A stretch of 64,000 nucleotides of DNA from Callorhinchus milii (taxonomy: Eukaryota): contig NW_024704743.1 in NCBI RefSeq assembly GCF_018977255.1, forward strand, positions 21,578,001 through 21,642,000, read 5' to 3'. The notes under the pieces are model-generated. The model saw only the letters and a list, made by a program, of their open reading frames with translations, was not told where the DNA came from and searched no databases. This document shows, piece by piece, positions 40,560-53,212 of the stretch (its first letter is position 1; every line of letters begins with the position of its first letter). The position numbers and the translations under genes were made by a program.

Positions 40560-40700
40560 CGCTCGGGGCCGCGGACCGACACAGACACAGCCCCGGGGCC
40601 GGGATCTGGACAACCACCCGCGGCGTTGCCACGGTCACCGATCAACACGCGCGTTACTACGGACGTCACTTCCGCTGTCTGTCATTCGCGCTCATTGTTT
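40560..40700 (-). promoter_or_regulatory. ENKUR CpG-rich promoter/5'UTR with RFX X-box-like site and overlapping ETS-CRE motif
   Basis: CpG dense; GTTGCCACGGTCAC at 40625-40638; GCGGAAGTGACGTCC on the minus strand at 40675-40661; directly upstream of the ATG. Confidence 0.75.
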
Positions 40701-40724
40701 GTCTGTGACCAGGACAACAGCCAC

Positions 40725-41790
40725 AGGGAGAGAGGGGGAGAGAGGGAGTGTGAGAGAGGGGGAGAGAGGGGGGGGAGAGGGGGGAGGGAGAGAGGGAGTG
40801 TGAGAGAGGAGAGGGAGAGAGGGGGGGAGAGAGAGAGAGAGAGGGGGGAGGGAGAGACAGAGTGTGAGAGAGAGGGAGAGGGAGAGACAGAGTGTGAGAG
40901 AGAGGGAGAGAGGGGGGAGGGAGAGAGGGAGTGTGAGAGAGAGAGGGGGAGGAGAGAGGGAGAGAGGGGGGAGGGAGAGAGGGAGTGTGAGAGAGGGAGA
41001 GAGGGAGAGAGAGAGAGGGGAGGGAGGGAGAGAGAGGGGGAGAGAGAGACAGAGTGTGAGAGAGAGGGAGAGAGGGGGGAGGAGAGAGGAGAGAGGGGGA
41101 GGGAGAGAGGGAGTGTGAGAGAGAGGGAGAGAGGGGGGAGGGAGAGAGGGAGTGTGAGAGAGAGAGGGGGGAGGGAGAGAGGGAGAGAGGGGGGAGGGAG
41201 AGAGGGAGTGTGAGAGAGGGAGAGAGGGAGAGAGAGAGAGGGGGAGGGAGGGAGAGAGAGGGGGGAGGGAGAGACAGAGTGTGAGAGAGAGGGAGAGAGG
41301 GGGGAGGGAGAGGGGAGAGAGGGGGAGGGAGAGAGGGAGTGTGAGAGAGAGGGAGAGAGGGGGAGGGAGAGAGGGAGTGTGAGAGAGAGAGAGGGGAGGG
41401 AGGGAGAGAGAGAGAGGGAGGAGGGAGAGAGAGAGGGGGGAGGGAGAGACAGTGTGAGAGAGACAGAGAGAGAGATAGAGTGAGAGAGACAGAGAGAGAG
41501 AGACAGAGAGAGAGAGACAGTGTGAGAGAGAGGGAGAGAGAGAGTGTGTGTGTGAGAGGTAGAGAAAGTGAGAGAGACACTGATGGAGTGAGTGTGAGAG
41601 AGACGCGGGGGAGAGATATGGGGAGCGAGAGAAAGAGAGAGAGACATGAGGAGAGAGAAAAGGGAAGTGAGACAGAGAGAGGAGGGGAGTGAGACAGACA
41701 GATGGGGGGCGGGGGGGGGGTAGAGAGAGACATGGGGAGTGAGAGAGAGAGAGAGAGATAGGGTGTGAGTGAGAGCACTTGGGAGTCAGA
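40725..41790. repeat. ~1.05 kb polypurine (GA/GGGA) compound micro/minisatellite
   Basis: Recurrent GAGGGAGAGAGGGAGTGTGAGAGA units; almost all purine on the + strand; a smaller GA-rich block follows at ~42385-42565. Confidence 0.95.
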
Positions 41791-41799
41791 GACAGAGAG

Positions 41800-42345
41800 G
41801 CTTTTTTGGTCAGGTGGGGGTGTCCGATACACAGCCAAGCTGAGAGCTCGGTGCATCCCACCTGTACACGGAAATTCCAGAGGTGGTCACTGGGACTGAA
41901 CCCTTGTTGGAGGGTCGCATCCCGCTTACCTAGTTCTGGAAAGTATTAGGCGCCGCAAGTTGGCCCGAGCCAATGCGCTCCCCAGAGTGTGCGTCGGGGT
42001 ACTGCTGGAGTCGAACTATCTAAAAACCGCATAACTCTCCACATAACTGAGAGCACTGTCTGTCTGGCAAGCTTTCCCTCGGCTCGTCTCGCTAGGACCG
42101 CCCGACCTGTTGGGGCTTTGGCTTGCAGGGTTAACGGGAGCCGAATGGGAAGAGTCCCAGTTACTGGTCTGCCCGTCCGGGTCCTGCCAATGTGCCAGGC
42201 TGGCTGTGCTGTCATCAGCAGTGCCCTGGAATATTGCGGACCCTCCTGGCTCGGGAACTGGAGTACTGAGACCCCCATAGAGTTAGCTCAATTCTGACAT
42301 TCCGTTGCAAAGCATGTCACCTTGGTTCCAGTTTGGCTCCAAAGA
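41800..42345 (-). mobile_element. Longest copy of an unidentified A-tailed interspersed repeat (SINE-like)
   Basis: Homologous by eye to 27395-27805(+), 48430-49000(+), 6845-7050(-), 53520-53695(+), 18592-18667(-), 48335-48395(-) and 55160-55238(-). Confidence 0.75.
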
Positions 42346-44338
42346 GACCCCCCCCCCGCTTACCTCCCCCCACAAGGAGGATAGTTGAAGGAGAGACACA
42401 GAGGGAATGAGATAGAGAGACAGAGGGAGTGAGAAAGAGAGAGAGAGAGTGACATTGGGAGTGAGTTAGAGACGCGGGGCTTGAGAGAGAGAGTTTGGGA
42501 TTGAGAGAGAAACATGGGGAGTGAGAGAGATACAGAGAGACGGGGAGTGTGAGAGATAGAGACATGCACAAAGATTATTAGTTTATTATTATTTTACCCC
42601 TTTACATTGTGGAAACCAGAATGGTATAAGTTAGTCAAGGTTATGCCTGTCCTGAGCCTTGTACAGCTAATGTGTTATTTAATCTGGCCAGCAATGAGCA
42701 ACCAGTATTATACACTGAATAAATGACAAACAAAAGCAGGCTGTGCAGAATTTATTTTGGGTGCCATTCTACCAGAAGTGACATATGGTACGTGGGCAGA
42801 CAGTCTATGGAAATCAATATGATTAACTTCCATGCTGTGATGTCTGACTGTTCCATCTATTTGTTCATCAGATTATTTATTAATTTTCAGGATTAGGAAT
42901 GTGTTGATGTGTAATGCAAATAGAACCGTACAATTGTGAGAACATGCTTTTGTGCCTTTCTATGTAGTGTGTACTGTGGGCGTTTCGCCCACAAAATATA
43001 CAGTCAAATTTACAGTATATTCTGTGAAGCACTTTGAGACATCTCAATGGCATGATAAGGCGTTATATTAAGTGCAAGGATTATTATTATTCCATGAAGT
43101 TCCATTTGAATTTTTGAGCATTTTTCTTTCCAGTAAAGAAATGTTTTCTTTACTTTAAATAAGAAACATAAACAAAACCTAACTTTTAGATTTCATATTT
43201 TCATTGTTGGCAAGCATTGTCCGTGATATACATTCTCTGTGTGAACATTATCAAATTTCACATTATCTGGCAATTAGAAATTTGTCTTAAAATGGTTTTA
43301 GTTGGCCTCCAAGTACTTTACAGAAATTTGTGAATCGCTTTGAGATGTTCTTGATATTTTATCAATTGCAAGGATTATTATATGGTTACACACATCTCTG
43401 CAGTTAAGCAGGTTCTCTGTTAAACACAATTACATCTAATACAATTGTTTAGTTTATTGATCGAGTATTTTTTTTATTGGTGAAGTGCTATTTGTTGTAA
43501 AATAACATGCCATTCTTTCTCTCCTTGTGAGTCAATAGTAACGAGAGCAAAGAGTACAATTAGCAATCTCGTCTATGAGTAACTGATTCAAATACAAAAT
43601 ACCACAGGCAATAGTTTGTGTCTAATTTAATTCAGTCATTTTTTTTTAAGTTTTACTGTTATTTGTTCAAAAAAACATACTCACAGACTCAGGTTTATTC
43701 CTACGTATTACTGGAGCCTCAGCCTTTAGAATGTGTTTTTTCTTAAATTTTTCTCAATAATTCTCAGCTGAAGCTTTTTTCTTACTCCATTTTCTTCAGT
43801 GAGTCAATCCTCACGAAAGTGTGGATGTCAAAAAAAACCTGGGGGTGGAAGTGTGAATGTAGCTCCTCTTGAAAATGTGTCAATAGTCAGTTATCCACAA
43901 TATATGTTGGCACAGAACCGGTTTGCAAACCTGTTTACCCATACATTAAGAAAAACAAGATTAACTTAGCAACTAAATTAGCACGGTGGTATGAAAAACT
44001 AAATTCACATTTCTGGAAATTATTAACACAGTTCCAGACACAGTGAGACACATTTCGCATTGAGAATGTGATCATGTTGCAATGAGAGATTCTGGAAAAG
44101 AATGGGGGGGTGGGGTACGGTGTGTAAAGTAATAACTGTATATAGAAGCTGTGAAATTCTACTGCTATAAAATACACCTTTTTTCAGCACGCAGTTTTAG
44201 ACTGACACTTTAATGAGTATGAATCCATCAATGGAATCCATAATCATTTTTGATCATCCTCAATTACAGTTATGGTGTTTATCTAAAATTTCTACCTGGT
44301 TGATGTACTGCTGGGATCCTAATTTTAATAATTTTAAT

Positions 44339-45450
44339 GTGGAGTCCTGCAGCTCAGTGGTTAGAGCACTCACCTTGCAAGCAAGACACCTGGGTTCAAT
44401 TCCAGGCAGGGCGAAACCTTGGGCAAGTTTCCTTACTCCACACGCCTAATAATAATCCCTCCAAAAACAAAACAATAATAACTTGGTCATTTTCGATCCA
44501 CGACTGTTTGTGGGACATTGCTGTGCGCAATTGTGCTGCCGCGTTTCGCCCACAAATATACAGTAAATTCACTTTACAGTCTATTCTGTGAAGCGCTTTG
44601 AGATGTCTAGAAGACATGAAAAGCGCTATATCAAAATGCAAGGATTATTATTTTATTATTATAAGAGAGAATTTGATAGCACTATACTTGTTTGAGCCTT
44701 GTAACCTGTAATAATTGTAAAGAGCATATAATAATAATCCTTGCATATAAAATTGCACCTTACAGTAAAGTGGTATGACTGTGTGTATTTTATGGATGAA
44801 ACACACCAGTTAGTTTTGCACACAGCAATATTCTACATATAGATTTTTTTTTATTTGGGGGATTGTTGGCCAGGATACGGGATAAATTGGAGTCCTTTAG
44901 CTCAGTGGTTAGAGCACTCGCTTTGCAAGTGAGATTAGTGGAGTCCTTTAGCTCAGTGGTTAGAGCACTCGCTTTGCAAGTGAGAGACCTGGGTTTGATT
45001 CCTGGCAGGGTGAAATCTTGAGCGAGTTTCCTTACTCCACACGCTTGATAATAATCCCTCAAAAAAAATAATAATAAATTGGTCATTTCAATTCAAGACT
45101 GTTTGTGGGACACTGCTGTGCATAATTGGCTGCCGCATTTCACCCACAGGTATACAGTCAATTCACTTTACAGTCTATTTTGTGAAGCACTTTAAGACGT
45201 GTAGAAGATGTGAAAGTGCTATATCAAATGCAAGGATTATTATTATTATAAATTCTTTATTTGAATAGCACCATGGGATCTTTAGAGCCCACCTGAACAG
45301 GCAGATAGGAGCTCAAACAATGCAACACACCCACAGCAATGAGTGGAGTGAGCTTAGATGATATGGGTTCTAAGACCTAACCTGGGGCTAGAACCCACAA
45401 CCTTCTGATTCAGATGGGAGACAGAGCTCTTAACAGGACCAGGCTGACAC
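44339..45450. mobile_element. Young SINE (44339-44662,+), then an old DeuSINE (-) interrupted by a double-headed SINE (44889-45250,+)
   Basis: Tandem duplicated tRNA head; ATAAATT target duplication around the insert. Confidence 0.85.
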
Positions 45451-46727
45451 ACAGTGCGATGAGAGTTCCACATCTGCCAGCAAACGTACAATTACAGCAC
45501 TGATTTCCAACTCAGTATCCTATATTCCTTCAGCTTTGAAGACAATCTGAGAATATAACAGCACCATAGAACCACAACAAAAACAACAAAATTACATTTG
45601 TATAGTGCCTTTCACATTGGGATGACATCCCAAGATGCTGGACACACCGAGTTTCTGACCCAAGCTGGGGGTCTGGGTGGGGGAGTGTGGAGGGCAGGGG
45701 GGAAGCAGGGAGATCGAAAGCATGGTCGAAGAGGAGGGTCTTAAGATGGGTCTTGAAGGAGACAAGGGAGGGGGCGAGACGGAGGGACTGTGGGTTGTAG
45801 TTCCAGAGGGTGAGGGCAGAGTGGCAGAAGGCCTGCCCACCAACGGTGGGGCGGGCGAGGCGGGGGACGTGAAGCAGACCGGAGCCTGCTGAGTGGAGGG
45901 AGTGGGCAGGTTGATAGGGGTAAATAAATTGGAAAAGCCAATTTCAGTTGATTTCTAAAAAGTGAAGGTGAAACTTGAATTTCACCTCAAGTATCAATGC
46001 TATTTCCAAACTAAACTCCACGGTGGAGAAGTAAATAAAAAGTTTGTGTAAACCTCCTTGAATCCTGTCTGGAAAAACATCAAATAATCATCTACTTCAG
46101 TTCAGAAGCATGTACCTTTTTCTAATCACTGAAGGATCATGGATTGAAGAGACTAATCTTTATGTGAGATGCAGGGCTAAAAACAACAATCTTTTTGTTG
46201 CTTATTTATCATGGGATTTAATGATCAGTGACTGATAGACCAATCTTGCCCTTAGTCCTAAACTCAGACTGATAACTCAGGATTTTATACATAATGTGCG
46301 TAACTCTGAATCGATCAGTCAGGGTGGGAGGGGAAGACAGTCATAATAAATGCTGAAAGTGCAGGATTAGGGAGGCGAATATTATAGTGTATTATCTTTC
46401 TTTCACGCAGTTGGAAATGTGATTAAAGACCTGTTGACAAAGTGGCAGAGTTTCTGGTGTAAAGATGTGGGTGGAGATATTACATGAATTGTAGACAAAT
46501 CTTTTTAGGAGTATCATTTTTCTGCTAGACTGATTGCTTCCAAGTAGCTTTCTTCTTAAGTCGCTTCTTTTAAAGAGTGGGCACAGTTAAACATGAGAGG
46601 ATGCTCAATAAGATGGGAAAAGCATATTGATTTGATATATTTGGCGTCAGTTTGAAAACATTCTCTCCCTGGTTGGGGGAAGGGAATTTTGGGAGGTGGA
46701 GGAGGAATTTATTGGTCTCATATCCTA

Positions 46728-46760
<33 letters not shown>

Positions 46761-47068
46761 CCTTGCATTTGATATAGCGCTTTTCACGTCGGGAGGACGT
46801 CCCAAAGCGCTTCACAGAATATACTGTAAAGTGAATTGACTGTATATTTGTGGGCGAACGCGGCAGCCAATTGCGCACAGCAATGTCCCACAAACAGTCG
46901 TAGATTGAAAACGACCAATTTAATTATTGTTTTTGTTTTTTTGGAGGGATTATTATTAGGCGTGTGGAGTAAGGAAACTTGCCCAAGGTTTCGCCCTCTG
47001 CCTGGAATTGAACTCAGGTCTCTCACTTGCAAAGCGAGTGCTCTAACCACTGAGCTACAGGACTCCAC
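46728..47068 (-). mobile_element. Young full-length tRNA-headed SINE, short subfamily
   Basis: Near-identical to the 3694 and 21372 copies; long perfect (ATT)n tail. Confidence 0.92.
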
Positions 47069-50000
47069 AAGTCACAACCTGAGGAGATGGGCAGTTAACA
47101 TTGCTTCAAAGTGCTCTATAGTAAAGTCTTATCTGTTTAAATGAAATATCACATTATTGATATTGAAAATTTAGTTACAAATTATTCAATTTTTCTATCA
47201 ACTTCTCTTTCTGCATTTCTGTACAGACAGAGTAAATATTATCATTTGCTTGTTAATCTTGTTAGCTGTTAATGTGTCAGATTTTATGAGGTAATGTTAT
47301 AACACATGAACATTGTACTTGTCTCAAAACAAGATCTTCATCATAAAAATATGTACAAGTACAAGTGAGCTGTTTCACATTTGATACATTTTACTAACGA
47401 TAGGATAAGTAGTTTTAAGTGTTTATTGAAAATTTCTATACCTAAATGTGGCTTGAGACTTTGTAACCTTCCCTATATTTTGTAAGTCTTACTAAGTATA
47501 AAAACAAAGAATCTGTTTACATACAAATTTGCCTCACCTATATTTCTTCTACTTTTTGGAAAAAGAGAAGCGAGTTTCTCCCGTTGCTCTGCCCAACAAT
47601 CCCTCCAAATAGAATTGGTCATTCACTTCATGGCTGTTTGTGGGACATTGTAAACTGTCTGCTGCGTTCGTAACAGTATATCCCATGAAACACTTTGAGA
47701 TATCCTCCGGATGTGAAAAGTGCAAAATTAAATGTAAAGATTATTACCATAATATTATATATCAAATTCAGAAGTTTAAAGTATTTTAGTTTCTTACATC
47801 ATTATTCATAGCATCTTAGTTCAGTTACAAAACAATTTTTTTAATATAGATGTATTCTTTTTATGCTTTTCCCTCCTGAGATCTCCTGCGCTCCTATACC
47901 AGGCTCCACAAGGCTGTCACCCACATTCTCACTCGGCTCTACTGGCTTCCCATCCCCCAGTGGATCAAAGATCCTTGTTCTCACACTTAAATCCCTCAAC
48001 GGTCTTGTTCCACCCTACCTCTGCAACTTCTTTCACCCGTACCATCCTGGGCGTTATCTTCGCTCGACCGACACTAGGCTACTCCACTCACTGTGTATGC
48101 TCTACGGTTTGCAAACAGGCTTTCAGCCACTTGGCCCCTGCTCTCTGGGATGTGCTTCATTCCCAGGCCCCTCCGACTTGCTCCTTCTCTTCCCTCTTTC
48201 AAGGCATGCTTCAAAACATACCTCTCTAACCCCGCTTTCAATCATTTTTCCTCCTCCATGCCTTCCCTCAGCTGCTACCTTCAGTTCCGGTGCCCAGACA
48301 GAATTGTCAAGGGCTTTAGAATATCCTCCCACCATGTGGCTGTCAGATATGGAAATCAATCACCATACTTAAGAGTATCCAAATCAGATTGACTATCTCT
48401 CCGGGTGTGGAGGGTGGAGGGAGGTAAGTAGAGCTGAGCTGACGCTAAGGTGACACTTTTAGCAATGGAATAACGAATTTGAGTCAATCCTCTGTGGCGG
48501 TCTCAGTAGTTCAGTTCCTGAGCCAGGTGGGTCTACAGTACTCCAGGGCACTGCTGATGAAAGAACTGCCAGCCTGACTCATCGTTGGAGTGACACACTG
48601 GGGACAGAGATTCTTCCCACTTAGCGCCTGTTAACCCTGCAAGCCAAAATCCTAATGGGTAGCTTGGGCCTAGCTAGACAAGCAATGGGAAGCTTGCCAG
48701 GCAGTGCTCTCGATGGCAATCTATGCAGTTTTAGTTGGCTAAGTAACCAACAGTACTCCAATGCAAAAGCCTTGGCTCTTGCTTTTCTTTCCCTTTTCCC
48801 AAGCTTTTTCTTTGCAGTGAACTTTTGAACTAACATCACCTCATACCATATGGAATTAGGTAAGATAGGTGCATTCCTCCAGGGAGAGAGTGCACATTCC
48901 ATTCCAAATACAGGGAAATGTTCAAGTATAGATGGCACACATACACAAAACTTTCTGTCTGGATTGGGTACTCTTAATCGTGGTGATGGGTTTCTGTATA
49001 TACCACAAAGAAACTAGTCATCATACTCATATTGCATCAACAATACTGAACATGAAATTCTCTACTTTTGAAATGATTTATTTGCAGTGAACTTTTAAAC
49101 TAACGTCAAGCTATCTTGAATCTATTTATTGACCTTTCTGTTCTGGGATTTCATATGCATTCAGTTTCTTCCACAATGCACCTTTTGTTTGGTGTTAATA
49201 ATTAATGATTTAAAGCATTCTTTTTGATGTTTGAAACAATGGACTTCTTGTCTTACATTCAGTTTTACATGGATATTTTTTGAAGCTTTGGTAAAATAGA
49301 GATTGCCAAACTATTCTATTCCCATCTTTCGTGCTATTAGTTCATTAAGCACTTTACAATATACTCTGTATGAGAATACATATCTATGAGGTGTGAATGT
49401 CTTCCTTCCCCCAAGTGCCTTCCATCTATTTGCTCTAAAGTGCAGTGACTGTGTATTTGTAGACAAATTTGGCAGCCAATTTGCATACAGCTAGGACCAA
49501 CAAACAGCATGGAGGGAATGACCAATTTATCTGGGGGATTGTTGGCCATGACACCAGGAAAAAATTCCCTTTTCCTTTTGAACAGTGTCATGAGATTTTT
49601 AATGTCCACCTGAACAGGCAGATGGGACCTTGGGACCTGATGCAGGAATGGTGGTGTTTGCAGGTACCTCCAGGAATGCGGAGCTCCTCCAGAACTGAAA
49701 TGTAGTGTCAGCCTAGATAATGTACTTGAATCAACAACCTTCTGCCCCAGAGGAAAACGTGCTACCCAGCCAAACTAATCTGACACCTGGCTTAGTTGGT
49801 TACATAAATTCCTCAGATAAGGAACTTTGGTGAGAAGGTGTCATGTGGAGCTTCATTCTGGTACATGGTAGGGAGGGGTGGGGTGTAATGGAGTTAAAGT
49901 TAAAGGATGATTTCTCCTTTGGCTGCTCTTGCCTAGGTCATTGGTGGAATATAATGAGCTCTTGTCTAGGTCAATGATGGAATATAATGAGCTGAGTTGG

Positions 50001-51389
50001 TATAAGTAGAGCAGACTATTTAATATAAAGCAAAGAAGTTATGCTAAACCTTTACAATTTAACTGGTTAGGCTTCATCGAGTATTGTGTCCAATTTTGGG
50101 CACCAAACTTTAGGAAGGATGCCAGGACCTTGGAGACGGTGTAGAAGAAATCTATCAAAATGATACCAGGGGTGAGGGACTTCAGTCAATTGGAGAGACT
50201 AGAGAGGCTGGGATTGTTCGCCTTATAGTAAAGAAGGCTAAGGGAGATTTGATAGAGGAGTTCAAAATTATGACTGCTTTTGATAGAATAATTATGGAGA
50301 AACTGTTTCCTCTGGTGGGTGGATCTGTAACCAGAGGACACAGATTCAAGATAATTGTCAAAAGAACCAGAGGGAAGACTAGAAGCATTTTTTTTTACTC
50401 AGAGTGTTGTTACGATCTGGAATGCACTGCCTGAAAGAGTGATGGAAGCAGATTTGATACAGCTTTCAAAAGGAAATTGGATATGTATTTGAAAAGGAAA
50501 AAACAATGCAGGTCTATGTACAACATCAGCAGCAACATGCACTTATATAGTGCCCGCCACACAGGGTAATGTCTCAGAACGCTTAAAAGTGGCAGAGCCA
50601 GGATTGGGGGTGCTGTAAGCATGGTCGAAGAGGAAGGTTTTCAGGTGGGACTTGAAAAAGGGGAAGGAGCAAGGCAGGGGGATTGAGGGAGAGTGTTCCA
50701 GAGTTTCAGGGGTAGTGGATGAAAGCGCGACCTCCAATGGTGTGGCGGAGGGTGCGAGGGACGAGCAGGAGGCCGTTGTTACCTTGAGTGGAGGCACCGG
50801 GTGGTGGGTTGGGGAGCAAGGAGGTCGGAAATGGAGGGAGGTGTCAGGGGATTTGAACACAAGTGTGAGGATCTTGAAGTCGATCCATTTGGTGATGGGA
50901 AGCCAGTAGAGCCTGGCCTGAACTGGTGAGATGTGGGTACAGAATATATACCATGGATTAACACCACAGAAACATAGAAATTTACAGCACAGAAGAGGCC
51001 ATTTGGCCCATCGTATCTGTGCTGCTCCTTTAAGGCTCCTTTAAGAGCAATCATTTCAGTTCCATTTACTTTCCCTTTCCCTATACCCCTGCAGTTTACT
51101 CCTTTTTAGCTATTTATCTAGTTCACAGATAATTAGATTAATACTATTTTTAAAATTATTTTTAAAAGAAAACATTACAAGGTTATTTACTGCCACATAT
51201 ACTTTGGGAACAATATTAGAAGAAATACTGTACGAGCTATTGTTCAATCTTTAAGGCTATTTTAGTTAAATAAATCATGAAGACTGATGTAAATAACTCC
51301 CCAGTGACACCAACTGACAGAAAATGGCATTATAAGGTAAAACTACAACTGTAAAATTACAGATACTTTTTGGCTCTTATCAGCATCTT

Positions 51390-53212
51390 CTTCTTGCGGG
51401 TCTGGACTGCTCAACCTCCCCAGGCTCTCCCTCACACTCATCGAACCCCCACGCAGCTTAGGAGTCAGATTCGATCCCCAGCTTTCCTTTCTACCCCACA
51501 ACCGCTCTGTGACCAAGACCATTTTTTTTTCTCCTCTGCCACATTGCCTGCCTCCATCCATATCTCACAACTAATGCAGCCACACCTTTGTCACTTCCTA
51601 GCTGGACTACTCCAATGCCCTCCTTACAGGTCTCCCCAGCTCCACCATACACAAAATACAGTTAATTCAAGACTCCGCTCCCTGGATATTCATCTGCACA
51701 AAACTCTGTGCCCCCATCACACCAGTCCTTGCCAGGCTCCACTTGCTCCCAATTACCAAAAAAATAATTTCAAGATCCTCTCACTTGTTTTTCCACTTCA
51801 CTTCTTCTTCACAAACCTTCACTTCATCTCCACAAATGGCTTCTCCTCTAGCACCCGCACCATCTTGTGTGGCATTCCTCAGGGCTCTGTCCTTGGTCCC
51901 CTCCTCTTCAATATCTATATGCTCCCTCTTAGTGACATCATCCGCAGACATGGGGCCAACTTCCATATGTATGCGGATGACACCCAACTCTACCTCTCTG
52001 CCTCTACCCTTGACTCCAGGTGCAATGCTGTCCTGGCAAAATGTCTGTCAGACATCAAGTCCTGGATGAGAACTAATTTTCTTCAGTTGAACGTCAACAA
52101 GACCGAGGCTCTCCTGATTGGTTCCCGTCAGTGCCTCCTCTCTTCAGGTGCTGACGGTATCTCCATCCATGGTTGCACACTCCACCTTACTAAGTCGGTC
52201 TGGAAGCTTGGGGTCTTGTTTGACCCCCAATTATCCTTTCTACCCCACATCTGCACCATGACCTACCCTGCTTTCCCCCACCTCCGCAACATCGCTCAGC
52301 TCTGCCCCTGTCTCACATCACAGGCTGCTGAAACTCTCATATATACTTTGATTACATCGAAGCTTGACTATGCAAACTCATTGCTTGTTGGCCAACCCAA
52401 CTCGTTTCTCCATAGGCTGCAGATCATCCAGAACTCTGTAGCCCACGTCCTCTTCCGCACCAGGCTCCGTAACCCTATCACTCCCATCTTCGCCCGACTC
52501 CACTGGCTTCCAATCACACAGAGGATACAGTTCAAGATCCTGGTCCTCACTTTCAAAGTCTCCATGGTCTTGCTCCCCCCTACCTTTGCGACCTCCTAAC
52601 CCCCTACCATCCTGCTCACTCCCTCCGCTCAGCAGTCTCCGACCGGCTTCACGTCCCTGCCTCGCTCGCCCCACTATTGGCGGGTGAGCCTTCTGCCACT
52701 GTGCCTCCACCCTCTGAAACTCCATCCCGCAGTCCCTCCACCTCGCCCCCTCCCTTGCTTCCATCAAAACCCATCTCAAGACCCTCCTCTTCGACCATGC
52801 TTTCGATCTCCCTGGTTCCCCCCCTGCCTCCACACTCCCCGACACCGATCCCAAGCTCGGGCCTGAAGCTCTCCGTCCAGCACCTTGGGATGTTCTCCCA
52901 ACGTGAAATGCGCTGTACAAATGTAATTTTGTTGTTGTTTTCAAATCGCTTCATGCCCTTGCACCTCCCCTCCGCTCCACCAACGGAAGCCGTACCTTTA
53001 GCTCTATGCCCAGACACTGTGGAACGTTCTCCCTGAATCTCTCCACCCAACCCCTCCCTCCCAACTTTCAAATCCCACCTAAAGACCTTCCTTTTTGATC
53101 GTGCTTATTGTCACCTCCCCGCTCCCTCTCCCCCTGCTCGTTGTCAGCCACTATCAAGTGTTCCGCGACTCTCCCCCTCATGAAGGGTGCTATATAAATG
53201 CAAGTTGCTGTT
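51390..53212 (+). mobile_element. 5'-truncated L2 (RT C-terminus plus 3'UTR, ~51792-52941) nested inside an older L2 3' fragment
   Basis: [16 protein letters not shown] and MYADDTQLY; (TTG)n tail; the older copy resumes at 52942; TTGTTTT on both sides of the insert. Confidence 0.9.

Noticed and set aside
39708..40613. 301-aa ORF overlapping ENKUR exon 1
   Set aside because: Wrong frame for enkurin and runs through the minisatellite and L2.
40539..41861. Long ORFs of 224-396 aa (Glu/Arg- or Leu/Ser/Pro-rich)
   Set aside because: Translations of the GA array, open in many frames only because stop codons cannot form.
42065..42160. HDV-like ribozyme (GCCGAATGGGAAG / GCTAAGTGGGAAG resemble J4/2-P2)
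   Set aside because: I could not build the nested P1/P1.1/P3 pseudoknot consistently across copies.
48545..48600. Hammerhead starting at CTGATGA
   Set aside because: No stem II followed by GAAA, and the motif is not conserved in the 27.4 kb copy.
49928..49993. CRISPR-like direct repeats
   Set aside because: A simple 33-nt tandem duplication with no spacer, in eukaryotic DNA.
51370..52599. 409-aa reverse transcriptase gene
   Set aside because: Chimeric read-through of two truncated L2 fragments; lacks the endonuclease and RT N-terminus.
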